From Bacteriovoracia bacterium (lineage in GTDB: Bacteria; Bdellovibrionota; UBA1018; CAIPTA01), in contig JBFWVL010000002.1 of the NCBI GenBank assembly GCA_050246755.1, positions 288,001 through 352,000 of the forward strand: DNA of 64,000 nt, in the 5' to 3' direction. The notes under the pieces are model-generated. The model was given only the letters and a program-made list of their open reading frames with translations. It was not told the origin of the DNA and did no database searches. Positions within the stretch are counted from its first letter, which is position 1. Each line of letters opens with the position of its first letter. The translations under genes were made by a program, and so were the position numbers. Below are positions 49,454 to 58,468 of this stretch, one piece after another.

Positions 49454-51324
49454 AAGGTTCTCTTGAACATTCTCTCGATTTCGCCCCATTTGAACCGCAG
49501 CGTAGTGGGGCGCCCATGGGGGCAATGCCCGGAGAAATCCGTATCGCTCATTTGCTCCAAAAGGGCATAGGCTTCTTGGGGCGCCATGCTGCGGCCGGCG
49601 CGCACCGAACCGTGGCAGCTTTCGCTCGCGATCACCTCGAGCATTTTATCGAGCAGGGCATCGGCGAGCTGGCCTTCACCCGGCATTTCTTCCCAGGATT
49701 GGCAGAGTTTACGCAGAAACTCTCCGATCGGCAGTACGGGGCTGCCATCGGCACGCAAAAGCAGAGCGGGCAATTCACGCACGGCTACCACGGTGGGGCC
49801 GGTACGATCGAGACTCAAGCCCCATTCGGCGAATTTTGGAAATTCACTTTCCATGCGATCGAGGGCGTTGCGGGGAAGCTCCACTTGAATGGGAATCAGG
49901 AGCGGGGCGCCTTCGCGCTTGGCCAAGCGATTGCGCTTCAGGCGTTCGTAGGTAACGCGCTCGTGGGCGGCATGCTGGTCCACGAGCAAGAGACCGTCTT
50001 CATCCTGGCAAACCAAGTAGGTATTGCGGAGGGTGCCCAAGAACTGCGGGCGATTCGAATTGGATTCCGCTGCGCGCACGGCGCTCGAAAATTCTTGGGA
50101 AAAATTATTGCCCGGAAACGAAGCCGGGGAGGAAGCGTAAGAATGGGAGGAAGATTGCGGCTCCGAAAAATTCTGGCTTGGCTTCGCCGCCCTCTGGTGG
50201 AACTGCGTGGTTCCTCCAGAAAAAAGAGGCGCGGTAGTTTGGGCCGCATATTCAGGGGCGGAAAAGGGCATTCGTTCGCCCGAGGCATCAACTAGGTCCA
50301 CGGATTCTCGGCGATCGCCGGCGAGGGCTTTTTCCAGGTGTTTCCTCAGGAAACCAAAAATATGCCCGGGCTCGCGGAAACGCACCTCCGCTTTCGTGGG
50401 GTGTACGTTTACGTCCACGTAATTGGCCGGCATCTCGAGATCAAAAACCAGCTGAGGGTATACCCGCCCGAATAAAGTTTCTTTCGCCGCCGCTAAGATA
50501 GCCTGCTGCAATAGCTTATCCTTCACCGAGCGCTGATTCACGAAAGTGAGAATCCCGCGGGAAGATGGAATGAAATGCGAGGAGGGCAAGATCCAGGCGC
50601 GTAGCTTTAGCGGAAAGCTTTCGGCTTCCACCTTCAGGAGGGTTTCCACCTCGAGCTTCAGGTTCCAGGCTTCGCGGTATACCTGCACGATCCGCTCTTC
50701 ACGGGACTTCGTGGCGGGATAATGGAAAGCTTTTTCCCCGTCTTGCCAGGCTTCGAACTGCACTTCGGGGCTGCCGAGCGCCAGGCGGTGCAAGGTTTGC
50801 CAGCAATGCGCCGTTTCGGCGCCGGTGCTTTTCAAGAATTTTTTGCGCGCGGGAGTATTGTAGAAGAGATCCTGCACGCGCACGGTGGTGCCCACGGTGC
50901 GGGCCACCGAGCGATCGTCCACTAGGGTTCCGCCTTCGAGCACGATCTCCCGGGCGGTATTGGCTTCGGCTCTTCTCGAAGCAATACTCAAGCGCGAAAC
51001 GGCCGCGATCGAGGCGAGGGCCTCCCCGCGAAATCCCCAGGAGCGGATTTCGAAGAGGTCTTCGGGTTTGGAAATTTTGGAAGTGGCGTGGCGATCTAGG
51101 GCCAGAGGCAGATCTTCCGCGTGGATACCGGAACCATCATCGGCCACTTCGAGTAATTCAATGCCACCGCCGCGCAAATGCACGCGGATCTGCGTGGCTC
51201 CCGCATCGAGGGAGTTTTCCATCAGCTCTTTTAGGGCAGCGCCCGGTCTTTCTACCACCTCGCCGGCGGCGATTTGGTTGGCAAGCTGATCGGGTAGGCG
51301 AAGGATCCGGGTGGTTGAATTCAC
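49450..51324 (-). CDS. mutL: DNA mismatch repair endonuclease MutL
   Basis: IAAGEVVERP, GFRGEAL, DVNVHPTK, DQHAAHER, CPHGRP. Confidence 0.97.
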   Translation of the reverse strand: MNSTTRILRLPDQLANQIAAGEVVERPGAALKELMENSLDAGATQIRVHLRGGGIELLEVADDGSGIHAEDLPLALDRHATSKISKPEDLFEIRSWGFRGEALASIAAVSRLSIASRRAEANTAREIVLEGGTLVDDRSVARTVGTTVRVQDLFYNTPARKKFLKSTGAETAHCWQTLHRLALGSPEVQFEAWQDGEKAFHYPATKSREERIVQVYREAWNLKLEVETLLKVEAESFPLKLRAWILPSSHFIPSSRGILTFVNQRSVKDKLLQQAILAAAKETLFGRVYPQLVFDLEMPANYVDVNVHPTKAEVRFREPGHIFGFLRKHLEKALAGDRRESVDLVDASGERMPFSAPEYAAQTTAPLFSGGTTQFHQRAAKPSQNFSEPQSSSHSYASSPASFPGNNFSQEFSSAVRAAESNSNRPQFLGTLRNTYLVCQDEDGLLLVDQHAAHERVTYERLKRNRLAKREGAPLLIPIQVELPRNALDRMESEFPKFAEWGLSLDRTGPTVVAVRELPALLLRADGSPVLPIGEFLRKLCQSWEEMPGEGQLADALLDKMLEVIASESCHGSVRAGRSMAPQEAYALLEQMSDTDFSGHCPHGRPTTLRFKWGEIERMFKRTL

Positions 51325-51445
51325 GTCCCGTTTACACCATGGCATCGAACTATTGTCGATGATAACGCGGAGCAGGGATTCGATAAAGTTCAGGGCTTTT
51401 GAGGGCGCGGGCTAGTTGAAACCGGGGACTTGGTAATAGCCCCTG

Positions 51446-52477
51446 TTAAATCCTATTAGGATTTATATAAGACGGTTTGCTCGTAGAATAATGTCGCAAA
51501 CGGTTTCTGCATGCTTCCTTTGAATACTGGATGCGCCCCTCTTTGTTCAGGATTTGCTTGATCAAAGTTAATAGGGCTATTTTTAAGGTTTTCTCATTCT
51601 GAATATTGCCGTCTTCTGCCTGAGCATAAAGCCGATCTAATCCTTTCGGTTCCTTACCTTGGAAGACTTCAAGCCAACGGGAAGGTGGCGTATAAGAGAC
51701 GACTCTTTGGCCCGACTTATACCTAATTAGATCACGCACCACTTCATCGTAAATCTCCGCGGTTCCGTAAGAGAAGCTGTCTATCGTAGAAGATTCGTTA
51801 AATATAAACTCTCGATATCTTATTTTTGCCGCCACTCCTCCTTCCGGAGGAACGCCATACTTGTGGGCAACGAAAGGTGTGCCTTCTTTCATTTTGAACC
51901 TAATAAGATAGGGACCGTACCCATACGTAGATACCGCTGAACCTGAAGTAAAAATGAATCCGCCAGGAATGTCTGGGTTGACCCAGTGAGGCCAGGTAGC
52001 ATTGTCGGCTAGGTTGCGTGAGACCGCCTGCATTTTCGCTAAAGATCCCCAGCTATATAGAGTATCCGGCTTGCACCTTTCCGGTAAGGCCTCTCCAACC
52101 TCTAGCTTTAGTTTTTCCATGGGAGCAGTCTCGCAGGCGAAAATCGCGGGATCCGGTAATGATTTATTGAAATCGGCTGGATACCAAAGCTTTAAAAAAT
52201 CTTCTAACGGCGCTGAGGCTCCCCGAGACAGGAGTTTTTGAAAATATTTGTAATTTGGTGAAGAATCAGCGGCGATGGGCCCTAAGTTTTCTTCGCAAGC
52301 TTCCTCGGAAAAGTTTTGCTTTTCAACTTCACAGACTGGAGTGGCGGATACCGATCCTTGATTAATTTTTTCGAGATGAAAAAGGGCGCTTTTGATTTCG
52401 TCGGCAGCAAAGGCAAAATGCCCAAAGTAGTAGCTGCTAGTTATTAGAAAAATTGAAATTGTTCGAAAACAGCGCAC
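51446..52477 (-). CDS. Secreted hypothetical protein, possible ADP-ribosyltransferase fold
   Basis: Signal peptide ending AFA; TLYSWG / FIFTS..S.YGYG / REFIF; visibly more AT-rich than flanks. Confidence 0.55.
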   Translation of the reverse strand: MRCFRTISIFLITSSYYFGHFAFAADEIKSALFHLEKINQGSVSATPVCEVEKQNFSEEACEENLGPIAADSSPNYKYFQKLLSRGASAPLEDFLKLWYPADFNKSLPDPAIFACETAPMEKLKLEVGEALPERCKPDTLYSWGSLAKMQAVSRNLADNATWPHWVNPDIPGGFIFTSGSAVSTYGYGPYLIRFKMKEGTPFVAHKYGVPPEGGVAAKIRYREFIFNESSTIDSFSYGTAEIYDEVVRDLIRYKSGQRVVSYTPPSRWLEVFQGKEPKGLDRLYAQAEDGNIQNEKTLKIALLTLIKQILNKEGRIQYSKEACRNRLRHYSTSKPSYINPNRI

Positions 52478-52653
52478 TGATTTCTAATCGGGTCTAACTC
52501 TTAAAACAGTGAGATTAAAAAACCGAGCGCCGCCGGTAACGTGTGAGAACTAGCCCACTTGATTGGTTCTATGCGGGCTTATTCCACAAGGCCTTGAGGC
52601 GATTGTATAATTAAAAAAGCCCAGGGATGCCGAGGGAATTTAAGTACATGACG

Positions 52654-52684
52654 AAAAAAGAGCCACGGCATATAACCGTGGCTC
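52654..52684 (-). terminator. Intrinsic terminator of the STAS gene
   Basis: Perfect 9-bp stem GAGCCACGG/CCGTGGCTC with T6 on the minus strand. Confidence 0.8.
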
Positions 52685-52710
52685 CTGCGTAATGGCTGCT
52701 ACTAAGAAAT

Positions 52711-53076
52711 CTAGTGGCTCTCGGCGATGCCGGGGCGGAAGAAACCATCCACGGCCGCTTCTCTGGTCTCATGAATGAAAAATTCACGGTTGAGGTCGTA
52801 GGCGTTGATGATTTTTCGGAACTCGCTCTTCACGTTGCACAGGTGGGGAACCACCATGCCGCGTTCTTGAAGCTCGTAGAGTGAACGAATGAAGTGAGTG
52901 ATGCCGCTCGAGCCCACGAAGCTCAGGCCTTCCATGTCCACAATCACGCGCTTGCCCTGACGGGTCAGCGAAATGATGCTCTCGCGAAGGATATCCTGGT
53001 TTTCAAAATCCAGTTTCCCCTCGAGGGCAATGACGGTTACTTCACCTTGGTTTAATAGACTAGCTCTCAATGACAT
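52711..53076 (-). CDS. STAS-domain anti-sigma factor antagonist
   Basis: VIALEGKLD, VIVDMEGLSFVGSSG; GGAGG RBS before ATG 53076. Confidence 0.88.
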   Translation of the reverse strand: MSLRASLLNQGEVTVIALEGKLDFENQDILRESIISLTRQGKRVIVDMEGLSFVGSSGITHFIRSLYELQERGMVVPHLCNVKSEFRKIINAYDLNREFFIHETREAAVDGFFRPGIAESH

Positions 53077-53160
53077 GTGACTTCCCTCCATGGCTGTCAC
53101 GCGACCGATATGTGGGAAAGTATTGCTACCTTCCGTAGGAAAAGTATAAAGGAAGTGGAT

Positions 53161-54021
53161 ATGAAAGACCAAGCAGAAGATCGCCTGGCTCCGGGCCTTT
53201 ATATGGTGGCAACTCCGATCGGGAATCTCGAAGACCTGAGTTTTCGCGCGCTTAGGACCCTAAAACAGGCCGATTGGATCGCGGCCGAAGATACCCGGGA
53301 AACAAAGAAATTATTAAACGCCTACGATTTAGTAACCGCTACCGTTTCGCTCCACGAACATTCCGGGCCGCGTAAAGTGGCCGAATTGGTGGAAAGGCTT
53401 AAAACGGGGGGTACTGGCGCTTACGTGAGCGATGCGGGCACTCCCGGGATTTCCGACCCTGGTGCCGAGCTGGCGGCGGCGGCGCGGGCAGCCGGAATTT
53501 CCGTCTATCCCGTGCCGGGAGCCTCGGCGCCGGTAGCGCTGCTTTCCATAGCGGGATTCAACGAAACGGCGTTTGCGTTTCACGGATTTTTTCCGCGAGA
53601 AAATGCCGCGCGAAAAGAATGGCTAGAGAAAGCTTCTCTCGGAGGCGTACACGTTTTCTTTGAAAGCCCGTACCGCATTGTGGAAACCCTGCTTTTCCTC
53701 GAAAAAGAGAAACCCGAAGCGGAATTAATCGTGGGCCGCGAGCTCACCAAAAAATTCGAGACGGTCACGGCGGGTAACGCCGGCGCAGTGGCGGAAATCT
53801 TGCGCAAAGAAGAGGGACGCGGCGAATACGTGATCGGCCTGAAACTTCCCGTTCCGCCTCCCGAAAGCGAAGAGGATCTCGCCGAAAAAACCTCCATCCT
53901 GCTCCGGGAATTGGCCGAGCTGGGCGGCAATCAAAAACTGCTCACTCGAGTGGCCATGAGCCACGGCCTGCCTAAAAACCGGGCCTACGCCCTCAGCCTC
54001 GAAATTCTAAAAAAACCTTAG
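53161..54021 (+). CDS. rsmI: 16S rRNA C1402 2'-O-methyltransferase
   Basis: LYMVATPIGNLED, AAEDTR, SDAGTPGISDPG, FESPYR, RELTKKFE. Confidence 0.96.
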   Translation: MKDQAEDRLAPGLYMVATPIGNLEDLSFRALRTLKQADWIAAEDTRETKKLLNAYDLVTATVSLHEHSGPRKVAELVERLKTGGTGAYVSDAGTPGISDPGAELAAAARAAGISVYPVPGASAPVALLSIAGFNETAFAFHGFFPRENAARKEWLEKASLGGVHVFFESPYRIVETLLFLEKEKPEAELIVGRELTKKFETVTAGNAGAVAEILRKEEGRGEYVIGLKLPVPPPESEEDLAEKTSILLRELAELGGNQKLLTRVAMSHGLPKNRAYALSLEILKKP

Positions 54022-54099
54022 TAATTACCTGATATTCGGGAAAGAAATTGCCTATCTATTGGCTTTACTCGGGCACCTTTCGCACCGTAAAATTATAGG

Positions 54100-56439
54100 G
54101 TGAGGGTGTTGGCCATGGATTGGCGCGCAAAGTTAGCAAGGATGCTGGTTCTATCGCCGCGTAAAATTGCGGGTACTCTTCTATTCTGCTTCCTCTCGCT
54201 CATCGGCATTCGCCACACGTTTCATGCCTGGCAGCTCATCGATTCCGAAGTAAAAAAAGGCTACGACGCCGAAGAGCAATTCGATGATTTTTTCCCCATC
54301 CTTAAGTGGGTAGAGCGCACGGACTACGACCTTCACTTGCGGGCGCACCAGCATGGCAAGCCCAATCCAAATGTAGCGGTGATTGAAATCAACGAGCGGT
54401 CCATTCAGGGCATAGGCCAGTTTCCCTTCGCCAGAAGCGTCTACGGGCAACTCATCGATAAGCTCCAGAGGGCCGGCGCGAAGGTGGTGGCCTTCGATAT
54501 GTTTTTTTCCGAAGCCGAACGCAACGAAGCTTTGTCCGAGCTGAAGAGGCTGCGCGCCGATCTCCCGGCCAACGAAGAAAGCATCTTTCGTAAGATCGAC
54601 GCCCGCATTCGCCTGCTCGACAGCGACCAAGAGTTCTCGCGGGTGATCCGCTCGAATAAGCTGCCGATCGTGATCGGCTTCGGGTTTGCCGGGTATAAGG
54701 GCCAAGAAAATTCCGAGGCGGACCTGGGGGCTAAGGAAAAGCGCATTTTGCAGGGCCACGCCATCCGTTCCTCGCAGGTAAACCGCGAAAACTTCGGCCT
54801 TTCAATGTCCGACCGGATTCCCATCGTTCCGCACCGGGACATTCTAGAGAGTCTGCCGAAAAATTCGCTGGGACATATCGTTCCTGACGCCGATAACGAC
54901 AGCGTGATCCGTCAGGTGCCCGTGGTGGTGGAGTACGAAGGCGGATTCTACGGATCGCTGGCGATACAGGCGGTAGCAAAATACCTGAACTCGGGATTTA
55001 CGCTGGCGCGGGAAGGCGGAGAGCTCTGGGTTCACGACGAGCACGGAAACGTGAATATCCCACTGTCGCGCAGCCGGATGCTAGCGCGCTACTACGGAGA
55101 AGAGCGCACCTTCGAGTACAAAGAATTCGTGGATGTGCTCGAAGGCAAAGTGCCGGACTCCTTTCTCAAGGATAAGATCCTATTCGTGGGTGCCACCGCC
55201 CAGGGCCTGAAAGATATCCGCTCTACGCCGTTTTCCAAGGATTACCCCGGGGTGGAAGTGCACGCCACGATCGCGAGCAATATCCTCAACGGGGAATACA
55301 TGGTGCGCGATACCAGCTATTTCTACGTGGGCTACCTATTCGTGTTCGCGTTCGGCCTTTTCACCTCGTGGATCGTTTACCGTTTCCACCCGATGGTTTC
55401 TTTTTTATCCACGATTGCCGCCGTGGTCCTGCTTCAGTTCCTCGCGCAAAAATTCTATTTTGACCGCGGGGTAGTGGTGCCCACCTTCGTGCCCACGATC
55501 GAAATGCTCTGCATTTTATTCTCCGGGATCCTCTACCGCTACTTCACCGAAGAAAAAGAGAAAAAATTCGTGCGCACGGCGTTTTCCCGCTACGTATCGG
55601 GCGCGGTGGTGGAAGAGCTCCTGAAGGATCAATCCAAACTGCAGCTCGGCGGGCAAAAGAAAGAGCTCACCGTGATGTTCAGCGATCTCGCCGGCTTCAC
55701 CAAGCTTTCCGAAAAAATGGACGCGGCCTTCGTGACCCTGCTCCTCAACGAGTACTTTACCCGCATGACCCACATCGTGCTCAAAAACCACGGTACCTTG
55801 GATAAGTATATGGGAGACGGAATCATGTGCTTTTGGGGCGCCCCCCTCGACCTGCCGGACCACGCCACGCACGCCTGCCAGGCGGCGCTCGAGATGACCA
55901 AGGAACTCGAGGCCATGAATTCCGAGTGGAAGCTTAAGCACAATATCACGGTGGGCATGCGCGTAGGCGTGCATACCGGCGACATGGCCGTGGGAAACAT
56001 GGGCAGCGATAAGGTATTCAGCTATACGGTCATGGGCGATAACGTGAACCTTTGTTCGCGCCTCGAGGGCGTAAATACTATTTATGGAACCCAAGTGATC
56101 GTGAGTGGGGAGACCGCCGCGCGGGCCGCCGATAAATTTATCTTTCGCGCACTCGATATCGTGCGCGTAAAGGGCAAGGAAGAATCGGTAAATATTTTCG
56201 AGCTCGTAGATGAAAAAACGGAAAAAAATCCGGCCCGCGACGAATGGCTGCACGCCTTCAAGCTAGGCCTGCAGGCTTACCAGGCCGGACGCTGGGAAGA
56301 AGCCACCGCCGCCTTCGGCGCCACGCTGATGCTCCGGCCCCAGGATCAAGCGGCTAAAACATTTCTCGAACGCATAGAAGAACTGCGGCGCTCGAAAGCG
56401 AAAGAATGGGACGGAGTCTGGAAGCTCCAGTCTAAATAG
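54100..56439 (+). CDS. CHASE2-domain class III adenylate cyclase with C-terminal TPR-like region
   Basis: CHASE2 (FPFARS, PGVEVHA), three TM helices, FSDLAGFT, DKYMGD (Lys), YTVMGDNVNLCSRLE (Thr). Confidence 0.93.
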   Translation: MRVLAMDWRAKLARMLVLSPRKIAGTLLFCFLSLIGIRHTFHAWQLIDSEVKKGYDAEEQFDDFFPILKWVERTDYDLHLRAHQHGKPNPNVAVIEINERSIQGIGQFPFARSVYGQLIDKLQRAGAKVVAFDMFFSEAERNEALSELKRLRADLPANEESIFRKIDARIRLLDSDQEFSRVIRSNKLPIVIGFGFAGYKGQENSEADLGAKEKRILQGHAIRSSQVNRENFGLSMSDRIPIVPHRDILESLPKNSLGHIVPDADNDSVIRQVPVVVEYEGGFYGSLAIQAVAKYLNSGFTLAREGGELWVHDEHGNVNIPLSRSRMLARYYGEERTFEYKEFVDVLEGKVPDSFLKDKILFVGATAQGLKDIRSTPFSKDYPGVEVHATIASNILNGEYMVRDTSYFYVGYLFVFAFGLFTSWIVYRFHPMVSFLSTIAAVVLLQFLAQKFYFDRGVVVPTFVPTIEMLCILFSGILYRYFTEEKEKKFVRTAFSRYVSGAVVEELLKDQSKLQLGGQKKELTVMFSDLAGFTKLSEKMDAAFVTLLLNEYFTRMTHIVLKNHGTLDKYMGDGIMCFWGAPLDLPDHATHACQAALEMTKELEAMNSEWKLKHNITVGMRVGVHTGDMAVGNMGSDKVFSYTVMGDNVNLCSRLEGVNTIYGTQVIVSGETAARAADKFIFRALDIVRVKGKEESVNIFELVDEKTEKNPARDEWLHAFKLGLQAYQAGRWEEATAAFGATLMLRPQDQAAKTFLERIEELRRSKAKEWDGVWKLQSK

Positions 56440-56447
56440 AGGTAACG

Positions 56448-57695
56448 ATGCTTAGGATTGGCAATATCAATGAAGAGCTAAACCTGCTCCAGGAGCACCT
56501 GCACGATGCCGTGGAAAAGGGCGGCAAAAGCGGCCTTGCCAAGGCGAAAAAATTGGAGGAAGAGCTCGCCGGCATCGTGGACCGCGCCAGCCGCTACACC
56601 TCGCAGCTCGAGCAGCTCATGGAATTTTCCTCGATTTTAAATTCCACCCTCGATACGAGCCGCGTACGCGAGCTCGCGATGAAGGCCACCTGCAAGCTGC
56701 TGGAATGCGAGGGCGCCACACTTTATCTGGTAGACGAAGAGCGAAACGAGCTCTATTTCGAAACCATCGTGGGCAGCGTGGCTTCCGAGCAGCTGAAGCA
56801 AATTCGCCTGAAAATCGATGAAAGCTCGCTCGCCGGAGCCGTGGCGATGAAACGCGCATCCATTCTCCAAAACGACGTGGCGCACGAGAAACGCCACTTC
56901 AAGAAAGCCGACGAAAAAAACCGTTTCCGCACTAAAAGCATGGTTTGCGTGGCGGTGGAAGCGAAAGGCAAGCTGCTTGGCGTGCTTCAGGCGCTCAATA
57001 AATTCGATGGCGCATTTCTTGAGACCGACAAGCGCCTCCTGGAAACGCTCTCGCACCAAGTAGCGATCGCGGTGGAGAACGCGAAGCTCTACGAACACCT
57101 CCAGACCCAGTTCCACGAAACCGTTTCGGCCATGGCGATGGCGATAGAGGCTAAAGATCGCTATACCGGCGGCCATACGAAACGGGTAGCATTGTTTTCT
57201 GAGCTCATCGCTAAACATATGGGATTGAGCCGCGATCAAATCGCCGAGGTGCGGCTGAGCGCGATCCTCCATGATATCGGGAAAATCGGCATCGATGATA
57301 AAGTGCTCAAAAAAAATGCGGCCCTCGACAAAGAAGAGTGGGAGCACATGAAGCAGCATCCGGAATTCGGCTATCGCATCCTCGCCGACGTGAGCAGCAT
57401 GAAAACCATCACGGATGGCATGCGCTTCCACCACGAGCGGCCCGACGGCCATGGCTATCCACTCGGCCTCAAAGGAGAGGAGATTCCCTGGATTGCGCGC
57501 ATTATCAGCGTGGCCGACACCTTCGACGCGATGACTTCCACTCGGCCCTACCGCAAAGGCCTCGACTACGAAGTGGCGTTTGAGGAAATCGTGCGTAATC
57601 GCGGCACGCAGTTCGACGAGAAAGTGGTTGACGGTTTTATCCAAGCTTTTAAACTAGAGCGAATGGGCAAAAAACGGATCAAGGAGGAGAGTTGA
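56448..57695 (+). CDS. GAF + HD-GYP cyclic dinucleotide phosphodiesterase
   Basis: GAF domain with NK..F...D; HDIGK, HHERPDGHGYP, DTFDAMTSTRPYR. Confidence 0.93.
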   Translation: MLRIGNINEELNLLQEHLHDAVEKGGKSGLAKAKKLEEELAGIVDRASRYTSQLEQLMEFSSILNSTLDTSRVRELAMKATCKLLECEGATLYLVDEERNELYFETIVGSVASEQLKQIRLKIDESSLAGAVAMKRASILQNDVAHEKRHFKKADEKNRFRTKSMVCVAVEAKGKLLGVLQALNKFDGAFLETDKRLLETLSHQVAIAVENAKLYEHLQTQFHETVSAMAMAIEAKDRYTGGHTKRVALFSELIAKHMGLSRDQIAEVRLSAILHDIGKIGIDDKVLKKNAALDKEEWEHMKQHPEFGYRILADVSSMKTITDGMRFHHERPDGHGYPLGLKGEEIPWIARIISVADTFDAMTSTRPYRKGLDYEVAFEEIVRNRGTQFDEKVVDGFIQAFKLERMGKKRIKEES

Positions 57696-58450
57696 AACTC
57701 CGCGTACTAGGGGCAGACGGTGGGGTAGCGCCCGGTTTTCAAACCACCAGCTTCCTAATCAACGACAATATCCTCATTGATGCCGGCTCGGCGGCCTCCG
57801 CGCTCACGCTCACGGAACAGCGTAAGATCGATCAGATTTTCATTAGTCACACTCACCTCGATCACGTGAAAGACATTTGCTTCCTCGCCGACAATGTCTT
57901 CACGCATCGCCGCAAACCCATCGAACTCATCTCCACCTTCGAAGTCCTGGAAATTTTGCGTAAGCACCTTTTCAATAATCTTATCTGGCCCGATTTTACG
58001 AAAATCTCGAACGGCCATTGCCCTATCCTTTCTTACCGTCCGATCGAAAAGAACCTGCAAATTGGCAAAATCGACGTACAAATTTACCCAGTGCATCATC
58101 CCGTTCCCGCGGTAGGCTTCATCATCAAGGAACAAGGAAAGAATAGCATTCTGATCACCGGAGACACGGGACCCACGGAAGTATTGTGGGAAGCCGCTAA
58201 CCAAGAAAAGCGCCTCAAAGCGGTGCTGACCGAAATTGCTTTCCCTAACCGCCTGGAAAAAATTGCGCACCTAGCCGGACATTTCAGCCCCGCCATGTTC
58301 AAAGACGAGATGAAAAAACTCAAAAAGCAGGTGCCACTCTTCATCTATCACTTGAAGCCCGAGTATATCAAAGAGCTCAAGGCTGAGATAAAAGCGTTGA
58401 AATTCCCGAAGCTTAAGTTAATAAGTAGTAAGCAGCGTTACACTTTTTAA
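57692..58450 (+). CDS. Class II (metallo-beta-lactamase fold) 3',5'-cyclic nucleotide phosphodiesterase
   Basis: LIDAG, SHTHLDH, FNNLIWPDF, GDTGP, EIAFPN, YHLKP. Confidence 0.88.
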   Translation: MKLRVLGADGGVAPGFQTTSFLINDNILIDAGSAASALTLTEQRKIDQIFISHTHLDHVKDICFLADNVFTHRRKPIELISTFEVLEILRKHLFNNLIWPDFTKISNGHCPILSYRPIEKNLQIGKIDVQIYPVHHPVPAVGFIIKEQGKNSILITGDTGPTEVLWEAANQEKRLKAVLTEIAFPNRLEKIAHLAGHFSPAMFKDEMKKLKKQVPLFIYHLKPEYIKELKAEIKALKFPKLKLISSKQRYTF

Positions 58451-58468
58451 TGGTCTTCGAGAAAACTC

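Noticed and set aside
52579-52588. DnaA-box-like TTATTCCACA
   Set aside because: Single imperfect copy with no cluster or origin context.
38359-54055. Exact 12-mer GAAATTGCCTAT in two intergenic regions (38359-38370 and 54044-54055)
   Set aside because: Non-palindromic, AT-rich and only two copies; compatible with chance.
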